This document shows positions 9,392 through 22,647 of a stretch of 64,000 nt of DNA, in pieces. Position 1 is the first letter of the stretch, and every line of letters starts with the position of its first letter. The position numbers and the translations under genes are program-made. The stretch lies in contig OZ244991.1 of the NCBI GenBank assembly GCA_965223335.1, positions 1-64,000 on the forward strand. Direction: 5' to 3'. Origin of the DNA: Thermodesulfobacteriota bacterium (lineage in GTDB: Bacteria; Desulfobacterota_D; UBA1144; Nemesobacterales; UBA2774). The notes beneath the pieces were generated by a model. It saw nothing but the letters and a program-made list of their open reading frames with translations, did not search any database and was not told where the DNA came from.

Positions 9392-10279
9392 TCACAGGTC
9401 CTTATACTCTTTCGTCACAATTGAGATGAATTCAAGTCCAAGTTTAGAGAGCTTTCTGTCTTTGTGCCATGCTGCCACAACTTTTCTCGATGGCGATTGG
9501 CCTGCAATCTCCCTGTACGTGCAGCTTTTTGTATTATCTGTCATTACGAGCATTTTAGGCACTAATGAGATTCCGTTGCCAAAAGACACGCACTGCTGAA
9601 TAGTCGATAGATTCCAAGTCCGACATACAATATCTGGATCAACCTGTTTCTCATAGCAAAAGCTCTTAATCTGCTCCCCCAGGCAGTGCTCTTCATCAAG
9701 CGCTATAAAAGGAATGCTTTTTAGGTCTTCGATTCGTATTTTCTTGGATTTTTTTAACGGATGCCCAGGCGATAGTGCCAGGACCAGAGGATCATCAAAA
9801 AGAGTTTTGGTTTGTATTAACGGGTCATCTATAGGCAGGCTCATAATTGCAACATCTACCTCTAAATTAATTATGTTTCTTATTAACCTATCCGTTAGAT
9901 TCTCGCTTACTTTCAACTGCGATTTAGGAAACTTTGTATGATATTTATCAAGTGATCCAGGCAACAGATACGGTGCTATGGTCGGTATCAATCCCACAGA
10001 TAAGGTGCCGGTGCCAGAATCCACATCATCTTTAATTCCCGACTTTATGTTGCCGGCCTCCCTAAGTACAAGCTTAGCTCTCGGTAAGAGTGCCTTGCCG
10101 GCCTCAGTTAACACTATCTTTCTGCTCAGTCTTTCAAACAGCTCTTGTCCAAGCTCATGCTCAAGCTTTATAATCTGCTGGCTCAAAGACGGCTGTGCTA
10201 CAAAACACCTTTTTGCCGCTTTACTAAAACCCCCTGTCTCAGCAACCGCTACAAAATATCTTAATTGGTGCAGTTCCAT
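9392..10279 (-). CDS. oxyR: OxyR, H2O2-sensing LysR regulator
   Basis: LysR HTH 'QLRYFVAVAE..FSKAA..C.VAQPSLSQQI'; redox Cys pair HCLGEQIKSFC (C199/C208 spacing); divergent from katG. Confidence 0.85.
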   Translation of the reverse strand: MELHQLRYFVAVAETGGFSKAAKRCFVAQPSLSQQIIKLEHELGQELFERLSRKIVLTEAGKALLPRAKLVLREAGNIKSGIKDDVDSGTGTLSVGLIPTIAPYLLPGSLDKYHTKFPKSQLKVSENLTDRLIRNIINLEVDVAIMSLPIDDPLIQTKTLFDDPLVLALSPGHPLKKSKKIRIEDLKSIPFIALDEEHCLGEQIKSFCYEKQVDPDIVCRTWNLSTIQQCVSFGNGISLVPKMLVMTDNTKSCTYREIAGQSPSRKVVAAWHKDRKLSKLGLEFISIVTKEYKDL

Positions 10280-10296
10280 TATACTCACCCTGAGCT

Positions 10297-10344
10297 ATAG
10301 GCAATAACTATAGAATACATAGACAATTAATATTAGACAACTAT
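10297..10344. promoter_or_regulatory. OxyR binding site between oxyR and katG
   Basis: ATAG(10297)-N7-CTAT-N7-ATAG-N7-ATAT-N7-CTAT(10341-10344); matches the ATAG-N7-CTAT-N7-ATAG-N7-CTAT consensus with one mismatch. Confidence 0.8.
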
Positions 10345-10381
10345 AGCAAATGTTATTTATTATGTAATTAGTCCGACATAA

Positions 10382-12673
<2,292 letters not shown>

Positions 12674-12845
12674 TTCCGGCTGTATTTAGCTAGCTCAAAT
12701 ACTTATCTTATGTGGCTACCGAGTTCGGCAATATATTAGGAATTATATTATTTAGCCCGAATATCGAGCAACAAAGAAGGTATAAAAGTCTATATTTATA
12801 GAACGATTTTGGGGATTGATTGCGGATTTTGCGATCTGTGAATAT

Positions 12846-12921
12846 TGGCTCCGGCGGAGGGATTCGAACCCCCGACCTAGTGGTTAACAGCCACCCGCTC
12901 TGCCAGCTGAGCTACACCGGA
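12846..12921 (-). tRNA. tRNA-Asn(GTT)
   Basis: TCCGGTGTAGCTCAGCTGGCAGAGCGGGTGGCT-GTT-AACCACTAGGTCGGGGGTTCGAATCCCTCCGCCGGAGCCA cloverleaf with encoded CCA. Confidence 0.97.
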
Positions 12922-12953
12922 ACCGATAAAGCTTGCTCAGAAATAGACCATTA

Positions 12954-12982
12954 AATCTATACTCTAGAGCCACATCCGTCAA
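12954..12982 (-). promoter_or_regulatory. putative sigma70 promoter of tRNA-Asn
   Basis: TTGACG-17 nt-TAGATT on the minus strand about 30 nt upstream of the tRNA. Confidence 0.5.
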
Positions 12983-13017
12983 GAGAGTGATACTGTGTGT
13001 GTAGGAGCCTATGCAGG

Positions 13018-13046
13018 TTGAACCCGTCAACTGTAAAAAGTATACT
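13018..13046 (+). promoter_or_regulatory. putative sigma70 promoter of rpoH
   Basis: TTGAAC-17 nt-TATACT, 33 nt upstream of the ATG. Confidence 0.5.
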
Positions 13047-13079
13047 TAGTACTATCTCATTCTAGAATATATATAAATA

Positions 13080-13973
13080 ATGGCAGATAAATCTAAGGCA
13101 GCACAAGAAAAAAAACACAAGAATCTCCTCCCTGCCCATACTACCTCACTCCAGCGTTATCTGGCCGAGATCAGCAACTCACCGATACTAAGCAGGGAAG
13201 AAGAGTACGAACTTGCCACTCACTACAAGGAAACCGGCGACGTCGAGGCAGCTAGAAAACTAGTGACCTCTAACCTAAAGTTCGTCGTACGAGTAGCCAA
13301 CGAATACAAGAACTACGGGTTTAACACCATGGACCTCATCCAAGAGGGCAATATCGGCCTCATGCATGCTGTTAAAGGATTTGACCCCACAAAGGGCTAC
13401 CGGCTCATATCCTATGCCGTGTGGTGGATCCGCGCCTATATCCAGAACTACATAATAAAGAGCTGGAGCCTTGTAAAAGTCGGCACTACCCAGGCTCAAA
13501 GAAAGCTATTCTACAAACTCCGCTCTGCAAAAAACCAAATCGATGTAGGTGGGGAAGGCCTCACAGCCGAAGATTATAAAGAGATTGCCAAAAACCTAAA
13601 CGTGTCAGACCAGGAAGTGATCGAGATGGACAAACGCATGGGTGCCAAGGACCTCTCGCTGGATGCAGAGTTCAAAGATAACAAAGACAGCTCGCATATG
13701 GACTTCCTGGCAGACGAAGTAGAATCCCAGGAAGATATCGTAAACAAAGCCCAAGAGGAAGAACAGGTACGAAGCGGCATGGAAGCAGCTCTTGAGAAGC
13801 TTAAAGATCGTGAGCGTTATATAATCGAGAACAGAGTGCTTGCAGATACCCCTAAAACACTAGAAGAACTAGGCGCTGAGTTCAACATATCCCGCGAGCG
13901 TGTACGGCAGATCGAAAACGCCGCACTCAAAAAAATTAAAACAGTCCTAGAAGAACAGGGCATTAGCAAATAG
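13080..13973 (+). CDS. rpoH: RNA polymerase sigma-32 factor
   Basis: Region 2 'DLIQEGNIGLMHAV..FDP..GYRLISYAVWWIRA'; RpoH box 'QRKLFYKLR'; region 4 'SRERVRQIE'. Confidence 0.9.
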   Translation: MADKSKAAQEKKHKNLLPAHTTSLQRYLAEISNSPILSREEEYELATHYKETGDVEAARKLVTSNLKFVVRVANEYKNYGFNTMDLIQEGNIGLMHAVKGFDPTKGYRLISYAVWWIRAYIQNYIIKSWSLVKVGTTQAQRKLFYKLRSAKNQIDVGGEGLTAEDYKEIAKNLNVSDQEVIEMDKRMGAKDLSLDAEFKDNKDSSHMDFLADEVESQEDIVNKAQEEEQVRSGMEAALEKLKDRERYIIENRVLADTPKTLEELGAEFNISRERVRQIENAALKKIKTVLEEQGISK

Positions 13974-14028
13974 CCGTCCTTAAGCCACCTATTCCCCAAC
14001 AACATGTGTGATTGTTAGAATGAAAGTC

Positions 14029-16653
14029 CTACAACAGGTCATATGCCTTGCTAAGTGCGCTCTCCAGGTTCGCGGGCTCGTCACCACCCGCTTGTGCCAT
14101 GTCGGGCCGCCCCCCGCCCTTCCCACCTATTATCGGGGCAAGCTCCTTTACGATGTTTCCGGAATGATACTTCTTGGTAAGGTCCTTTGTAACACCCACG
14201 AGTATATATGCCTTGCCGTTATCCCGGCTCCCAAGCACAGCGATCCCGGAACCAAGCTTACTCCTTACATCATCCCACACCTTTCTAAGCTCACCTGCAT
14301 TGGCCCCCGGAACCTCTACGGAGAGGATTTTCACACCGTTTTTTTCTTTTACATTATCGAGCAAATCCCCAGCCGTTTCACTAAGCTGCTTGCTCTTATA
14401 GGTGTCGAGCTCCTGTTTTATTGCCTCGTTTTCTTCGACCAGTTTGGTGATCTTAGCAATAAAATCAGACTCAGGTACTTTGAGTATGTTGCTTACCTGC
14501 TCGATCATCTCTTCTTTGCCCCGCAGGAACTCCCAGGCAGACTCACCCGATACTGCATCTATCCTTCTTACTCCCGCAGACGATGCAGACTCAGATACTA
14601 TTTTCAATAGCCCGGCCTCTCCCGAGCCGCCTAGGTGTGTGCCACCGCATAGCTCCTTACTGTAATCCCCGATCGAAACCACACGCACTTTGTCACCGTA
14701 CTTCTCTTCGAATATCGCTGTGGCCCCGCCCTCTATGGCCTCGTCGTAGGGCACATCGGCCTCGGTACTCACTGTGTCGTCCCACCTGATCCTCTCGTTT
14801 ATCATGTCCTCTATTTTATCAAGATCTTTATCAGGAATAGCCTCAAAGTGAGTAAAATCAAACCTTAGCCGCCCGGGCGCAACCAGTGAGCCTGCCTGCC
14901 CCACATGAGAGCCAAGCACCTCTTTTAACACTGCATGCAGTATGTGTGTGGAGGTGTGGTGGGTTTTAGTGCCGTGCCTAAGCCTCTTATTCACTGTGAG
15001 TTTTACCTTGTCCCCTACCCATATGCTGCCCTTCTTCACCCTGGCTTTATGAACTATGAGGCTTATAACAGGTTTAACGGTGTCTCTGACCTCGGCTATT
15101 CCACCCTCTGCCTCGATCTCACCTTTATCGCCCACTTGTCCGCCCGACTCACCATAAAACGGGGTTGTATCAGTAATAATCTCCACAATATCCCCCTCAC
15201 CCGCACTATCCACTAGGGTTCCGTCTTTAATAATTGCTCTAACTGTGCCCTCATCCTCTGTTCTCTCGTAACCGGTGAATGTCACATTGAGCCCACCCGA
15301 CACAAACTCCTTATACAAAGGCTCTAGCTCCTCCTCACCCGAGCCCTTCCAGGCCTTCCGGGACTTCTCTTTTTGCTTATTCATCTCCTTATCAAAGCCA
15401 CCGATATCAAGCTCCATTCCGTGTTCGGCCGCTATATCCTCGGTCAAGTCCACGGGGAAGCCATAGGTATCGTATAGTTTAAACACAACGTCACCCGGCA
15501 GGACTTTTTCACCCTTTCGCACCGTCATCTCTTCTTCCAAGAGCTCAAGCCCCCTGTCTATGGTCTCAAAGAACCTCTCTTCTTCGTTACGCACCACATC
15601 AGCAATAAAGTCTATCCTCTCGTCCAGTTCCGGATACGCACTGCTCATTATCTCTCTAACCCTGTCTGTGATTTTATAGAGGCACGGCTCGTCTATGTTC
15701 AGCATCCTGGCATGACGCACAGCCCGCCTAAGTATTCTTCTAAGCACATATCCCCTGCCCTCGTTCGAGGGAAACACCCCGTCCGATATAAGGAACGTCA
15801 CCGCTCTGGTGTGGTCCGCTATGACCCTCATCGAGGTGTCAGTCTTATCATCGTCCCCATAAGTTTTGCCCGATATCTCCTCTACTCTGGCAATAATTCC
15901 GCTTAGCAAATCAGTCTCGTAGTTGCTCTTAACCCCTTGTATTACGGCTGTGATCCTCTCCAATCCCATTCCGGTGTCAATGCTCGGGTTAGGCAGCTTT
16001 GCAAGCTCTCCGCTTGAGTCCCGTTCATACTGCATAAATACTAGGTTCCATAGCTCAAGGTAACGGTCACAGTCACACCCCACTGCACAACTAGACTTCC
16101 CACAGCTAAACTCCTCACCCTGGTCGATCAAAATCTCCGAGCACGGCCCGCATGGCCCCGTATCACCCATTGCCCAGAAATTATCCTTCTCTCCCATACG
16201 CACTATCCGATCTCGGCCAAGCCCCGACACCTTTTGCCAAAGCTCCTCTGCCTCGTCATCGTCCTCAAACACTGTGACCCATAGTTTGTCTTTTGAAAGT
16301 TTATAGACCTCGGTCATGAGTTCCCAGCCATATTTTATAGCGTCTTCCTTGAAATAATCGCCGAACGAAAAATTCCCGAGCATCTCAAAAAACGTGTGGT
16401 GTCGCGCCGTAAACCCTACATTCTCAAGATCGTTGTGCTTACCCCCTGCACGCACGCATTTCTGCGACGATGTAGCCCTTTTATACGACCTTTTCTCAAG
16501 CCCCAGGTACACGTCCTTAAACTGCACCATCCCGGCGTTTGTAAAAAGCAGCGTGGGGTCGTTCTTTGGGATAAGCGACGAGCTCTTAACAACCGTGTGT
16601 TTGTTGTCCTCGAAATACTTTAGGAACTGTTCTCTAATCTCTGCGCCTGTCAT
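14029..16653 (-). CDS. alaS: alanine--tRNA ligase
   Basis: 'FTNAGMVQFK', 'HHTFFEMLGNFSFGDYFK', editing HxxxH and ELCGGTH, C-terminal 'GGGRPDMAQAGG'. Confidence 0.98.
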   Translation of the reverse strand: MTGAEIREQFLKYFEDNKHTVVKSSSLIPKNDPTLLFTNAGMVQFKDVYLGLEKRSYKRATSSQKCVRAGGKHNDLENVGFTARHHTFFEMLGNFSFGDYFKEDAIKYGWELMTEVYKLSKDKLWVTVFEDDDEAEELWQKVSGLGRDRIVRMGEKDNFWAMGDTGPCGPCSEILIDQGEEFSCGKSSCAVGCDCDRYLELWNLVFMQYERDSSGELAKLPNPSIDTGMGLERITAVIQGVKSNYETDLLSGIIARVEEISGKTYGDDDKTDTSMRVIADHTRAVTFLISDGVFPSNEGRGYVLRRILRRAVRHARMLNIDEPCLYKITDRVREIMSSAYPELDERIDFIADVVRNEEERFFETIDRGLELLEEEMTVRKGEKVLPGDVVFKLYDTYGFPVDLTEDIAAEHGMELDIGGFDKEMNKQKEKSRKAWKGSGEEELEPLYKEFVSGGLNVTFTGYERTEDEGTVRAIIKDGTLVDSAGEGDIVEIITDTTPFYGESGGQVGDKGEIEAEGGIAEVRDTVKPVISLIVHKARVKKGSIWVGDKVKLTVNKRLRHGTKTHHTSTHILHAVLKEVLGSHVGQAGSLVAPGRLRFDFTHFEAIPDKDLDKIEDMINERIRWDDTVSTEADVPYDEAIEGGATAIFEEKYGDKVRVVSIGDYSKELCGGTHLGGSGEAGLLKIVSESASSAGVRRIDAVSGESAWEFLRGKEEMIEQVSNILKVPESDFIAKITKLVEENEAIKQELDTYKSKQLSETAGDLLDNVKEKNGVKILSVEVPGANAGELRKVWDDVRSKLGSGIAVLGSRDNGKAYILVGVTKDLTKKYHSGNIVKELAPIIGGKGGGRPDMAQAGGDEPANLESALSKAYDLL

Positions 16654-16690
16654 GATCGTTTCCTTTTATCGGTCTAGTCACTTTAGTGGT

Positions 16691-17761
16691 TTATAGTGAG
16701 GAATGTAACGGCACGTTGCTTGTTCTGGTTTTGCTTACGGGGTAATTAGCGGCGAGCTGGCCGCATGCTCCCAGTATATCTTGTCCTTTGCTCTTTCGTA
16801 TCCTCACATTTATCCCATAAGACATCAGTATTTCTTGAAACTCGAGCACCCTTTGCCTTGAGGGCGACTTAAAGTTAAGTGTAGGTGCCTCGTTAAATGG
16901 GATCAGGTTTACCTTACACCTAAAACCACCCACCAGCTTCCCAAGCTCATGAGCATTCTCATTGCTATCATTAACCCCCTTTAGCATCACGTACTCAAAC
17001 ATAAGCTCTTTTCTGTTCGGCAGCGGAAACTTACGGCTCTCCGCTACAAGTTGCTTGATCGGGTAGCGTTTGTTAATAGGCATAATCTCGCTTCTAACAC
17101 TATCATTGGGGGCATTTAACGAGACCGCCAGATTCACACTAACCTCTTTTCCGAGCTCTGCAATTCTAGGGACCAGCCCCGACGTTGAGACTGTAATGCG
17201 GCGAGGTGCAATCGCAAGGTAATGTTTGTGGGTCATTATTTTTATTGCCGCAATCAGGTTCTGTATATTATCGAGCGGTTCACCCATCCCCATAAACACT
17301 ATGTTTACAACCCCAAGATCCCGGTCTTTCTTTACTGCTATATACTGGTCTACTATCTCACCTGGGGTTAGGTTTCTTATTTTCCCGACCTTAGAGGTCA
17401 AGCAAAACTCACACCCAAGGGCACAGCCCACCTGCGATGAAATGCACAGTGTATATCGTTCTTTATCTGGAATCAGTACACTCTCTACCTGGTTGCCATC
17501 CCCAAGCGTAAACAGGTATTTAACCGTACCGTCACTTGAAACCATCTTATCGTGGATCGTAACGCTGTTGGTGATCTCAAAACTCTCGTTTAGATGTTGC
17601 CTAAAAGACCTTGAGAGATCAGTCATGGTATCAAACGACTCTACACCTTTTTGATAGATCCACTTACCCAGCTGGTGGGACCTAAAAGAAGGCTCACCGA
17701 TGCCTACAGCAAACTGTGTAATCTCGTCCGGGCTAAGGTCTTTTATGTTTCTCAAACTCAT
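16691..17761 (-). CDS. rlmN: 23S rRNA (A2503-C2)/tRNA methyltransferase RlmN
   Basis: 'CISSQVGCALGCEFC', 'MGMGEP', 'NLIPFN', 'GACGQL'. Confidence 0.95.
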   Translation of the reverse strand: MSLRNIKDLSPDEITQFAVGIGEPSFRSHQLGKWIYQKGVESFDTMTDLSRSFRQHLNESFEITNSVTIHDKMVSSDGTVKYLFTLGDGNQVESVLIPDKERYTLCISSQVGCALGCEFCLTSKVGKIRNLTPGEIVDQYIAVKKDRDLGVVNIVFMGMGEPLDNIQNLIAAIKIMTHKHYLAIAPRRITVSTSGLVPRIAELGKEVSVNLAVSLNAPNDSVRSEIMPINKRYPIKQLVAESRKFPLPNRKELMFEYVMLKGVNDSNENAHELGKLVGGFRCKVNLIPFNEAPTLNFKSPSRQRVLEFQEILMSYGINVRIRKSKGQDILGACGQLAANYPVSKTRTSNVPLHSSL

Positions 17762-17862
17762 TTTAATGTCCGATTAATATCAATTCTGTAAACCATATAA
17801 TATACTATATTTTCAAAATGTAGACAGAACGGAGTGTGAGGTGTTGTGAGAGTAAGTGATTA

Positions 17863-18852
17863 TTAAGTAGTGCTTTTTTTGCTATCGATAAGCTCGTTGA
17901 ACTCGCTTAGTTTCGCCCTAATCCCGTTTATCTCCTCTTTTAGTTCCTCTTTACGCTTTTCACTCGCACCCCTATATGATGCCTTTCTAAGGGCTAGCCT
18001 GCTCACAAGATGCAGGTACCGGTTTTTATCCAAGTATTCTGGGAACCACCCGGTTTTCCTCATCTCCCTATACGACAACAGCATTTTATTGTACTCCTCG
18101 GGCAACACCCCTTTTTCGAACTCATCTTCCAGATATAACTGCCTCTGCAGTCTCTCTTTTCTTATACCCAGTATGAATATAAAAAATATAATCACTATAT
18201 ACAAACTTAGTAGTAACGTGGCAAAACCCCCGTTTTTATTGCCAAATACCGGGACTGTAACAAGGTAGTTCCACAAACAGTGGAGCAGAACCGCCATTAA
18301 GTAACCACCCAAAGCATAGTATTTACCCCTTGCCCTATTGTCTTTCAGCATGCTTATCCCCGCACCGAATGTTGCGGTCGCAGCACAGTGCATATTTGCC
18401 GTAAACATGCTCCTTACAAATAACAGATTTATCCAATCCACACCCATGTACTGCTCGGCGTACTGTGTGAAGTATAGAAAGTTCTCCGTCATCCCAAACC
18501 CAAGCCCCGCCGCCGCCCCATATACAAGCCCGTCGGTCACGTTATCAAAATGAGTCTTACGGAGCAAATAGATTACCACTATGCCCTTCATCAACTCCTC
18601 TACCACGGGGGCTATAAACAAAGTCACAACTCTGTCTTCGGCCTCAGCAGACAGGTCCCCAAACAACCCAATCCCCAACTCTGTGCCCAAAATAGAAAAG
18701 GCTATTGCACCGAACCCGCCCCACGCAAACGCCCCTATCACATACCTAAGCGGTTCCCTGTCGTACCTATCCACCCACCATATAAAAAACAGCATAGCGA
18801 GCATCGGTGCCACAGCCATCACAAGCGATACGTATAAAACAAAAATTTCCAT
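17863..18852 (-). CDS. PrsW-family intramembrane glutamic protease
   Basis: 'DRYDREP', 'APVVEELMK', 'GLGFGMTEN', 'HC...HCLWN'. Start chosen at MEIFV. Confidence 0.88.
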   Translation of the reverse strand: MEIFVLYVSLVMAVAPMLAMLFFIWWVDRYDREPLRYVIGAFAWGGFGAIAFSILGTELGIGLFGDLSAEAEDRVVTLFIAPVVEELMKGIVVIYLLRKTHFDNVTDGLVYGAAAGLGFGMTENFLYFTQYAEQYMGVDWINLLFVRSMFTANMHCAATATFGAGISMLKDNRARGKYYALGGYLMAVLLHCLWNYLVTVPVFGNKNGGFATLLLSLYIVIIFFIFILGIRKERLQRQLYLEDEFEKGVLPEEYNKMLLSYREMRKTGWFPEYLDKNRYLHLVSRLALRKASYRGASEKRKEELKEEINGIRAKLSEFNELIDSKKSTT

Positions 18853-18997
18853 AGGGTTTCCAGCTCTTAACAAATTCGTTTAATATGATCACACAGCACT
18901 CAACTCATTGTCAATCCGACAATTAATTTACTAACTTGCTACCATACAACCTTAACCCATTAACAGGTATATTAAATGCACCCTGGACTACCCCGAT

Positions 18998-21205
18998 ATG
19001 GATACGAAAACACTGGCGCTCGATCACGGGCTCAGCGAAAACGAATACAATAAGATTGTAGAGGTTTTAAAGCGAGAACCGAATCTGACCGAGATCGGGA
19101 TCCTAGGGGCCATGTGGTCCGAACACTGCTCGTACAAAAGCTCAAGAATACACCTAAAAAGACTGCCTACCGAGGGTAAACACGTAATACAAGGCCCTGG
19201 GGAAAACGCAGGGATCATAGATATAGGCGACGGTCAGACGGCAGTGTTTAAGATGGAGAGCCACAACCACCCCTCATTTATAGAGCCCTACCAGGGCGCA
19301 GCTACAGGTGTGGGTGGGATACTCCGCGACATTTTCACTATGGGGGCAAGACCCATCGCACTACTTGACTCCCTTCGTTTCGGCAACCCCAAACTACCCA
19401 AAACAAAGTACCTGGTAGACGGTATTGTCTCGGGCATCGCGGGTTACGGCAACTGCATAGGCATCCCCACAGTAGGGGGAGACGTCTATTTTGACGACTG
19501 CTATAACGGAAATCCGCTGGTCAATGTATTTGCATTGGGCGTGACAAAAAAGGAAGAGATATTCCGCGGTTACGCAACAGGCGTGGGCAACCCCGTAATT
19601 TACGTGGGCTCAAAGACCGGCAGAGACGGAATTCATGGTGCCGTAATGGCATCGGAAACATTTACTAAAGAGGCCGAGGAGAAACGCCCTGCTGTCCAGG
19701 TCGGCGACCCTTTTACGGAAAAACTACTGCTCGAAGCCTGTCTGGAACTGTTTAAGACAGGTGTCGTGGTCGGCATACAGGATATGGGTGCTGCAGGTCT
19801 TACATCCTCGTCCACCGAGATGGCCGAGAGGGCCGGTACCGGACTGGATATAGACATAGACAAGGTCCCTCGCCGAGAAGAGGGTATGACCCCCTACGAG
19901 GTTATGCTTTCGGAATCGCAGGAACGAATGCTCATAGTGCTTAACAAGGGGAAAGAGAAGATCGCAGAGGAGATATTCACAAAGTGGGGCCTTGATTTCA
20001 GTGTTATCGGGAAAGTAACCGACTCCAATCACCTCAGGCTCTATGATAACGGGGACCTAGCCTGCGATATCCCGATAAATCTCATATCCGACGAAGCCCC
20101 CATGTACGATAGACCACAAGAGGAGCCCAAGACCCACCCCAGCCAAACCCCCATACGCATTAAAGAACCTAAGACCCAGGAACTAAACGATATATTCTTA
20201 GAGCTAATTGGTTCACCCACGATAGCATCAAAAAGGTGGATATACGAGCAGTACGACTATATGGTAAGAACCAACACCGTCGTAGCCCCCTGGTCAGACG
20301 CTGCTATCATTAGGCAAAAGGGTACAGACAAAGCACTTGCCATCACTTCCAACTGCAACTCGCGGTACTGTTACCTGGACCCTTATGTTGGGGCCGCAAT
20401 CGCCGTGGCAGAGAGTGCCAGAAACCTCGCGTGTAGCGGTGCTGTGCCCATGGCTATTACAGACTGCCTTAACTTCGGCAGTCCTGAGAAACCCGAGGTC
20501 ATGTGGCAGTTTAAACGCGCCATTGACGGCATGTCCGATGCATGCACGACGCTTGGGACCCCCGTAGTCAGTGGAAACGTCAGTTTTTACAATGAAACCG
20601 AGGGCACGGCCATATACCCTACACCCATGGTAGGTATGGTGGGGCTCATTGATGATATAAGGAGTCTTGTTACTGCCTCGTTTAAAAATGAAGGTGACGC
20701 TATATTGGTTCTGGGCAGCACCCAAGAAGAGTTAGGAGGCACAGAGTATCAAAAAGTAATGACCGGCAATATTTCGGGCAGTCCCCCGGCTATTGACCTC
20801 GAAGCCGAGCAAAATTTGATCAACACCTTACTTGAAGCCGCAAAAAAGGGTATAATTCATTCTGCACATGATATCTCTGAGGGGGGCCTTGCGGTAGCAC
20901 TTGCGGAATCATGTTTCAATCATACAGGGCTGTTAGGTATCAGAGTAGAGCTCACTAATACAAGCGGGATAAGAGAAGATGCCCTTTTGTTTTCAGAATC
21001 TCAGGCAAGAGCAGTAATTTCAATAGACAACCGTAACTATGATCAATTGGTAGAGATAGCATCAAAACACAGTACCCCTGTTTGGAAAATAGGTAATGTA
21101 GGCGGCAACCGGATCATTATAGAAGGGATGATAGACATATCAACGACCGAAGCCGAGTCGTGCTGGGCCGAGGGATTTGAGAAGATGCTTAAAAGTTATG
21201 CCTAA
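18998..21205 (+). CDS. purL: phosphoribosylformylglycinamidine synthase subunit PurL
   Basis: '[11 protein letters not shown]', 'ESHNHPS', 'QDMGAAGL', 'SESQERM', 'SGNVSFYN'. Confidence 0.97.
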   Translation: MDTKTLALDHGLSENEYNKIVEVLKREPNLTEIGILGAMWSEHCSYKSSRIHLKRLPTEGKHVIQGPGENAGIIDIGDGQTAVFKMESHNHPSFIEPYQGAATGVGGILRDIFTMGARPIALLDSLRFGNPKLPKTKYLVDGIVSGIAGYGNCIGIPTVGGDVYFDDCYNGNPLVNVFALGVTKKEEIFRGYATGVGNPVIYVGSKTGRDGIHGAVMASETFTKEAEEKRPAVQVGDPFTEKLLLEACLELFKTGVVVGIQDMGAAGLTSSSTEMAERAGTGLDIDIDKVPRREEGMTPYEVMLSESQERMLIVLNKGKEKIAEEIFTKWGLDFSVIGKVTDSNHLRLYDNGDLACDIPINLISDEAPMYDRPQEEPKTHPSQTPIRIKEPKTQELNDIFLELIGSPTIASKRWIYEQYDYMVRTNTVVAPWSDAAIIRQKGTDKALAITSNCNSRYCYLDPYVGAAIAVAESARNLACSGAVPMAITDCLNFGSPEKPEVMWQFKRAIDGMSDACTTLGTPVVSGNVSFYNETEGTAIYPTPMVGMVGLIDDIRSLVTASFKNEGDAILVLGSTQEELGGTEYQKVMTGNISGSPPAIDLEAEQNLINTLLEAAKKGIIHSAHDISEGGLAVALAESCFNHTGLLGIRVELTNTSGIREDALLFSESQARAVISIDNRNYDQLVEIASKHSTPVWKIGNVGGNRIIIEGMIDISTTEAESCWAEGFEKMLKSYA

Positions 21206-22613
21206 GCTAAAAGAAGAGTGCGGAGTCTTTGGAATATACGGGCACACCGAGGCTTCAAAACTGGCCTACCTAGGTTTACATGCACTACAACACCGGGGTC
21301 AGGAGAGCGCGGGAATTGTAACGTCCGACGGTGAGAATATCCACCACCATAGGGCTATGGGACTTGTGTCCGATATATTCTCAGAAGAGGTCATAGCCAA
21401 ACTCCCGGGGCGAAGTGCAATCGGCCATGTCCGTTACTCGACAACAGGATCAAGCCAGCCCAAAAACATGCAGCCCATCGTTATAACATACTCGAGGGGC
21501 ACGCTTTCCATTGCCCATAATGGCAACCTGACCAATGCAAGGACACTACGCGAAGAACTTGAAGACAGCGGCGCCATTTTTCAATCCACAACAGACACCG
21601 AGGTTATAATCCACCTCATAGCACGATCCAAAGAAGAAAAATTGGTAAGACGTATTATAGAAGCACTAATGACATGTAAGGGTGCGTATTCACTGCTATT
21701 TTTAACCCCCGAGACAATGATAGCTGCACGCGACCCATATGGTTTCAGACCATTGGTTCTGGGCAAACTCGGGGACTCCACTGTGGTTGCATCGGAGACA
21801 TGTGCGTTTGACCTGATTGAGGCAACCTACACACGCGAGGTAGAACCGGGTGAGGTCATAGTTGTGAACAAAGATGGGGTCGAGTCCTTTAGACCGTTCG
21901 GTGAACTCCCCCACTCCTACTGTATTTTCGAGTATATATATTTCTCAAGGCCCGACAGTTTCTTGGTCGACCGCAACGTATACCAGGTCAGAAAACAGAT
22001 GGGCAAGCAGCTTGCTATCGAGCACCCTGCCGATGCCGATATTGTTGTGGCAGTACCCGATTCGGGTGTACCCGCAGCCATGGGGTTTGCAGAGCAGGCG
22101 GGTCTGCCGCTTGAGCTTGGGCTGCTTAGGAACCATTACGTAGGCAGGACTTTTATTGAGCCCCAACAGTCAATCCGCAACTTCGGGGTAAAACTAAAGC
22201 TAAACGCAATACGCGAGGTGCTCGAGGGCAAAAGGGTTGTGATCGTAGATGACTCGATTGTACGCGGTACAACTAGTAGAAAGATAGTAAAGATGATACG
22301 TGACGCAGGTGCAAGCGAGGTGCATATGAGGATCAGCTCCCCTCCTATGAAATTCTCGTGTTACTACGGCATAGATACCCCGCTTAGAGAGGAGCTCATT
22401 GCCAACTCCCTATCGATAGAGGGTATCAATAAGTATATTACGTCCGACACACTCGGATACCTCAGCCTCGGGGGCGTGCACAAGGCTGTACAGACCTACA
22501 ACACGACAAACGGCAAGGAAAACTACTGTAACGCCTGTTTTACCGGGAACTATCCTGTCGAGCTCACTGACCAAAAAACCACTGTTACACAGCCCGAACT
22601 CTTTGGGGAATGA
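21198..22613 (+). CDS. purF: amidophosphoribosyltransferase
   Basis: 'EECGVFG', 'QHRGQESAG', 'DDSIVRGTT'; ATG 21198 overlaps the purL end. Confidence 0.97.
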   Translation: MPKLKEECGVFGIYGHTEASKLAYLGLHALQHRGQESAGIVTSDGENIHHHRAMGLVSDIFSEEVIAKLPGRSAIGHVRYSTTGSSQPKNMQPIVITYSRGTLSIAHNGNLTNARTLREELEDSGAIFQSTTDTEVIIHLIARSKEEKLVRRIIEALMTCKGAYSLLFLTPETMIAARDPYGFRPLVLGKLGDSTVVASETCAFDLIEATYTREVEPGEVIVVNKDGVESFRPFGELPHSYCIFEYIYFSRPDSFLVDRNVYQVRKQMGKQLAIEHPADADIVVAVPDSGVPAAMGFAEQAGLPLELGLLRNHYVGRTFIEPQQSIRNFGVKLKLNAIREVLEGKRVVIVDDSIVRGTTSRKIVKMIRDAGASEVHMRISSPPMKFSCYYGIDTPLREELIANSLSIEGINKYITSDTLGYLSLGGVHKAVQTYNTTNGKENYCNACFTGNYPVELTDQKTTVTQPELFGE

Positions 22614-22647
22614 ATAACTTCTTAGATGGGTTATTGCTTGAGTGGAT

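Noticed and set aside
14008..14610. 200-aa plus-strand ORF and the many similar antisense ORFs within rpoBC, bamA, pyr and katG
   Set aside because: They fully overlap well-supported genes and have no motifs; shadow ORFs.
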